Origin: Pristiophorus japonicus
Taxonomy: Eukaryota
Reading direction: 5' to 3'
Assembly (NCBI RefSeq): GCF_044704955.1
Contig: NC_091977.1
Coordinates: forward strand, 193,936,001 to 194,000,000
Length of the DNA stretch: 64,000 bases
The first letter of the stretch is position 1; each line of letters begins with the position of its first letter. The notes beneath the pieces were generated by a model. It had not been told where the DNA came from, searched no databases, and saw only the letters and a program-made list of their open reading frames with translations. Shown piece after piece: positions 61,046 to 64,000 of this stretch. The position numbers and the translations under genes were made by a program.

Positions 61046-61740
61046 TATAGTTAATGTTGTCTTCATCTCCAAATAGGTTTCAAAGCCTCATGTAGCAGTT
61101 GATGGTTTGAAGTACTCTACACTTCTCCATTAGCCTACTTGTTATTCATCAGCAGGGATGAGCAAAAGGGTTTTAATTCCTTCACGTGAAAGGAAGTCAC
61201 TTTCATGAAGAAGAAGTGAAAATATGATAAAGATCCCTGAAACTAAAATAGTTACTTCTGTATGTGTGGATATCAACAGGAAACATGGTTTTGAGAAGCT
61301 GTTGGTACTAAATGCACTTGTTTATAATGAGGAATAAGGCCGAGGAGAGGTTCATCCTCCCACTACTCGCAACAGTTCTTTATCGAGCTTTGTGGTACTA
61401 CTTTTCTGCTTTAATATGAACTTGCAAGTTTATGGTCCTGGCTACTATCCTCAGCAAATAGATGTCCTGCAAAAAATTCCAGTCATACAAGCCTAAGCTC
61501 TTGTATTAAGCAGAAACCTTTAGGCTCCGAAGAGGATGTGAATGAGTGTGGCAGCCAGTCACTGCTGAGCCTTTATTGCTGAGCTTACTTTCCTAAAATG
61601 TATTTGCAGCAGACATTGAAGGAGGGATGGAGGTGGGGGATAGACAAGAAGAGGTGGAAACTGAACATTTGTGGTGATTTTATTTTTAGAAGTAAGGACA
61701 AACAAAAGTCCATAAGCTGTGGGAACACTTGTCAGTAATA

Positions 61741-64000
61741 GGGCTAGACTTTCCACTCATGATCGCCCATCTATCATCCATATAAGTAGGCTATCGCCCA
61801 TTTTTGCTCAAAAGTGGAAAGTAGGGACAGAACATCACCGGCCCAACTTTCAGCATTCAGGAATGTGCTGCATCGCCCGGCCTAAGGCTATCACCCAGAT
61901 AATCACCGACCGCAACTTTCACCATATCGCCCACACTTCGCCGACCTGATCGCTCGCCGAAAAGATCGCTGGAGAAAAGCTGCACTTACCTGACCTTAAG
62001 TCAGCACTACTTGGCAGTACTCGGCACAACAGACGCCATTTTGAATGTCAGAGGATCTATACTGAAAGGCTGCTTCAAGTGCTTATGAGGAGAATCAATT
62101 TGTGAGTGATTTTAAGGGCCTTTTTGACTCTTTCCAATCGTCTAATCACATTAGTATCTATTGAGGACAAATTTAGAGCATTTATAGTGATTTATAATGA
62201 TGGGGTCTGTAATTTCTCTACCGGTATTGGTCACTAATCACATGCTGCAGACTGAAGATGGGAGAAGGTATATTGAAGAGCATTATGTGCCTAATCAAAA
62301 AGATGGCAGACTGCTGCGGAAGAGGAGACCTTACACCTAACGCAGTTACAGGGAAAAGCGATTATACCTGAACTTGTCCAATAACACATGCGTTAGGAGG
62401 CTGCGCTTCCGAAAGGAGGTCATCGGTGAGATATGGCAGCTAATTAAGGGAGATCTGTAGCCTACCAGCACCATCAGGACCGCACTGCCCGTTGAGGTTA
62501 AGGTTACTGCGGCACTTTCCTTCTACGCATCGGGCTCCTTTCAGGCCTCAGCTGACGACATTTGTGGTATCTCTCAGCACGCCACTCCATTCGACAGGTG
62601 ACTGAAGCCTTTATGCACGCAGGATGGACTTTATAAAACTTCCCAAAACCAGGGAAGCACAGAGTGAGAGGGCTTTGGGTTTCTCGTGAATAGCAAACTT
62701 CCCCACGGTGCAGGGAGCAATAGACTGTACGCACATCGCCCTGCGAGCACCTTTACAGGATGCAGAGGTGTTTTGGAACCGAAAGGGATTCCACTCCCTG
62801 AATGTGCAGCTTGTTGTCGACCACAACCAAATAATCATGGCAGTAAATGCAAATTTTCCAGGCAGCATCCATGATGTGCACATCTTGTGTGAGAGCACTG
62901 TCTCTGACCTGTTTAAGAGTCAGCCACAAGGTCACAGTTGGTCTCAGGAGAGAGGGGAGACAGAAGAGAAAGACAAAGAGGAGGATGACAAGGACCTCTG
63001 GGAGGACAATCAGCCTGATGATGAACCCATGCCCCCGCCCCCCCCCCCCCCCCCCACAAGACTGGAAAAGCCCCGTGGTAGTTGCGTGAAATTACATTGG
63101 TAACAGTTACAGTTGCATTACGTTTCATCATTGCCTCAATTGGCCTTGGCCATGGCCATTATTTCCAACCATTGTACTCATGTTTTACCGTACATTATTA
63201 GAAGTCACTTCAGGACAATTGCGAAGTTAAATAAAAGAATTCAATAATGAAAGAGAAATTTTAAAATTTTTACCTGAAACATATAAAACCCTTCCGCTCC
63301 CGCCCCCCCCCCACACCCCTATCCCGAACATTCAACAATATTTTTAACACAACACAACACAACACATCAATAACATGATTAACAAGAACTAACGATATAC
63401 CCCCCCCCCACCCCACCTGCGGCCACGCTTCCCTCCTGATCCTTGATTTCCCACCCCCCATTGTCTTAACCCCACCCCCCCACCGTTTTAATCACCGAGT
63501 AATGGGACCAATACATCTTGCAGCAGGGGACCTCAAGGCCTGCTGCTGTGGGGTGGGGGGGGAGGGGTGGGGGGTGATGTTGGCAGCATTCCCTCAGTGG
63601 CTGGAGGAGAAGATGTTTCGGAAGAAACGTCTTCCGAGCCAGAAGGAAGTTCTTCCTCCTGACTCGCATCTGTCCTGGTGGTTGGTGGGACGGCACCTTG
63701 GGGTGCAGTGCCATCTCCCGACGCTATCGCACGCCGCAAGGCATGGACAGCGTCGGTTGTTTGGCCCATTGCTACAACTATGCGATCGAAGCCCTCCATT
63801 ATTCGAGCAGACATTGCGGCAATGTTTACAGTCACCAATCGCCTGGAGGAGCTCTCGACCGATATCGACGCTCTCCTTTGACAATGCGGCCATGCCCTCG
63901 TTAGGATCTGCCCGTTGCAGCGAGTACCTACCTCGCCGACTCAAGCTCCGTAGGGTCGATGTGGGCACTGTACGCCTTGGAGTCGCCTGCTGCAAGCCGC
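61741..64000. mobile_element. Two-gene Harbinger (transposase +, Myb 3' exon -) running off the window, same family as 962-3722
   Basis: TIR GGGCTAGACTTTCCAC and about eight ATCGCCC-like subterminal repeats at 61760-61970. The convergent C-terminal exon at 63466-64000 resembles the remnant at 1407-1720. Confidence 0.88.
62200..63103 (+). pseudogene. Harbinger transposase, decayed and internally deleted
   Basis: MGSVIS.., [64 protein letters not shown]. It jumps from GHSW directly to the acidic tail, so the GD and E catalytic segments are missing. In-frame stops. Confidence 0.9.

Noticed and set aside
59418-64000. IDH2 exon 8 (GFGSLGLMTSVL)
   Set aside because: I found no matching sequence. 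It presumably lies beyond the window.

Overview
This is eukaryotic genomic DNA, most likely from an elasmobranch (shark or ray), judging by the HER1/CR1-type LINE tails, Deu-domain SINEs and RTE/L2 remnants. The only host gene I can support is a + strand mitochondrial NADP-dependent isocitrate dehydrogenase (IDH2). Five internal coding exons lie at 23657-23822, 28241-28401, 31069-31212, 47218-47354 and 59266-59417 (166/161/144/137/152 bp). All have AG/GT boundaries, splice in frame and match vertebrate IDH2 exons 3-7. I did not find exons 1-2 or exon 8 onward in the window. Almost everything else is intronic transposon-derived DNA. There is an unusually dense set of PIF/Harbinger DNA transposons: decayed two-gene copies (transposase plus spliced Myb/SANT partner), Myb-only derivatives, a transposase-retaining derivative and short MITEs, recognised by GGG-starting TIRs and 3-bp TSDs. 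There are also CR1, L2, RTE and Tx1-like LINE fragments, tRNA-derived SINEs, an LTR end and Penelope-like ends. Intron 5 holds a multi-level nest: an outer Harbinger contains an inner Harbinger, which contains a near-full-length CR1, a Tx1-like 3' fragment and a 1-kb in-frame GAG/CAG expansion. I see no clearly new biological system. The most interesting leads are the Myb-retaining Harbinger derivatives with a conserved three-exon structure, the Tx1-like insertion into a transposase, and substitutions at conserved positions that may mark a divergent IDH2 paralog.
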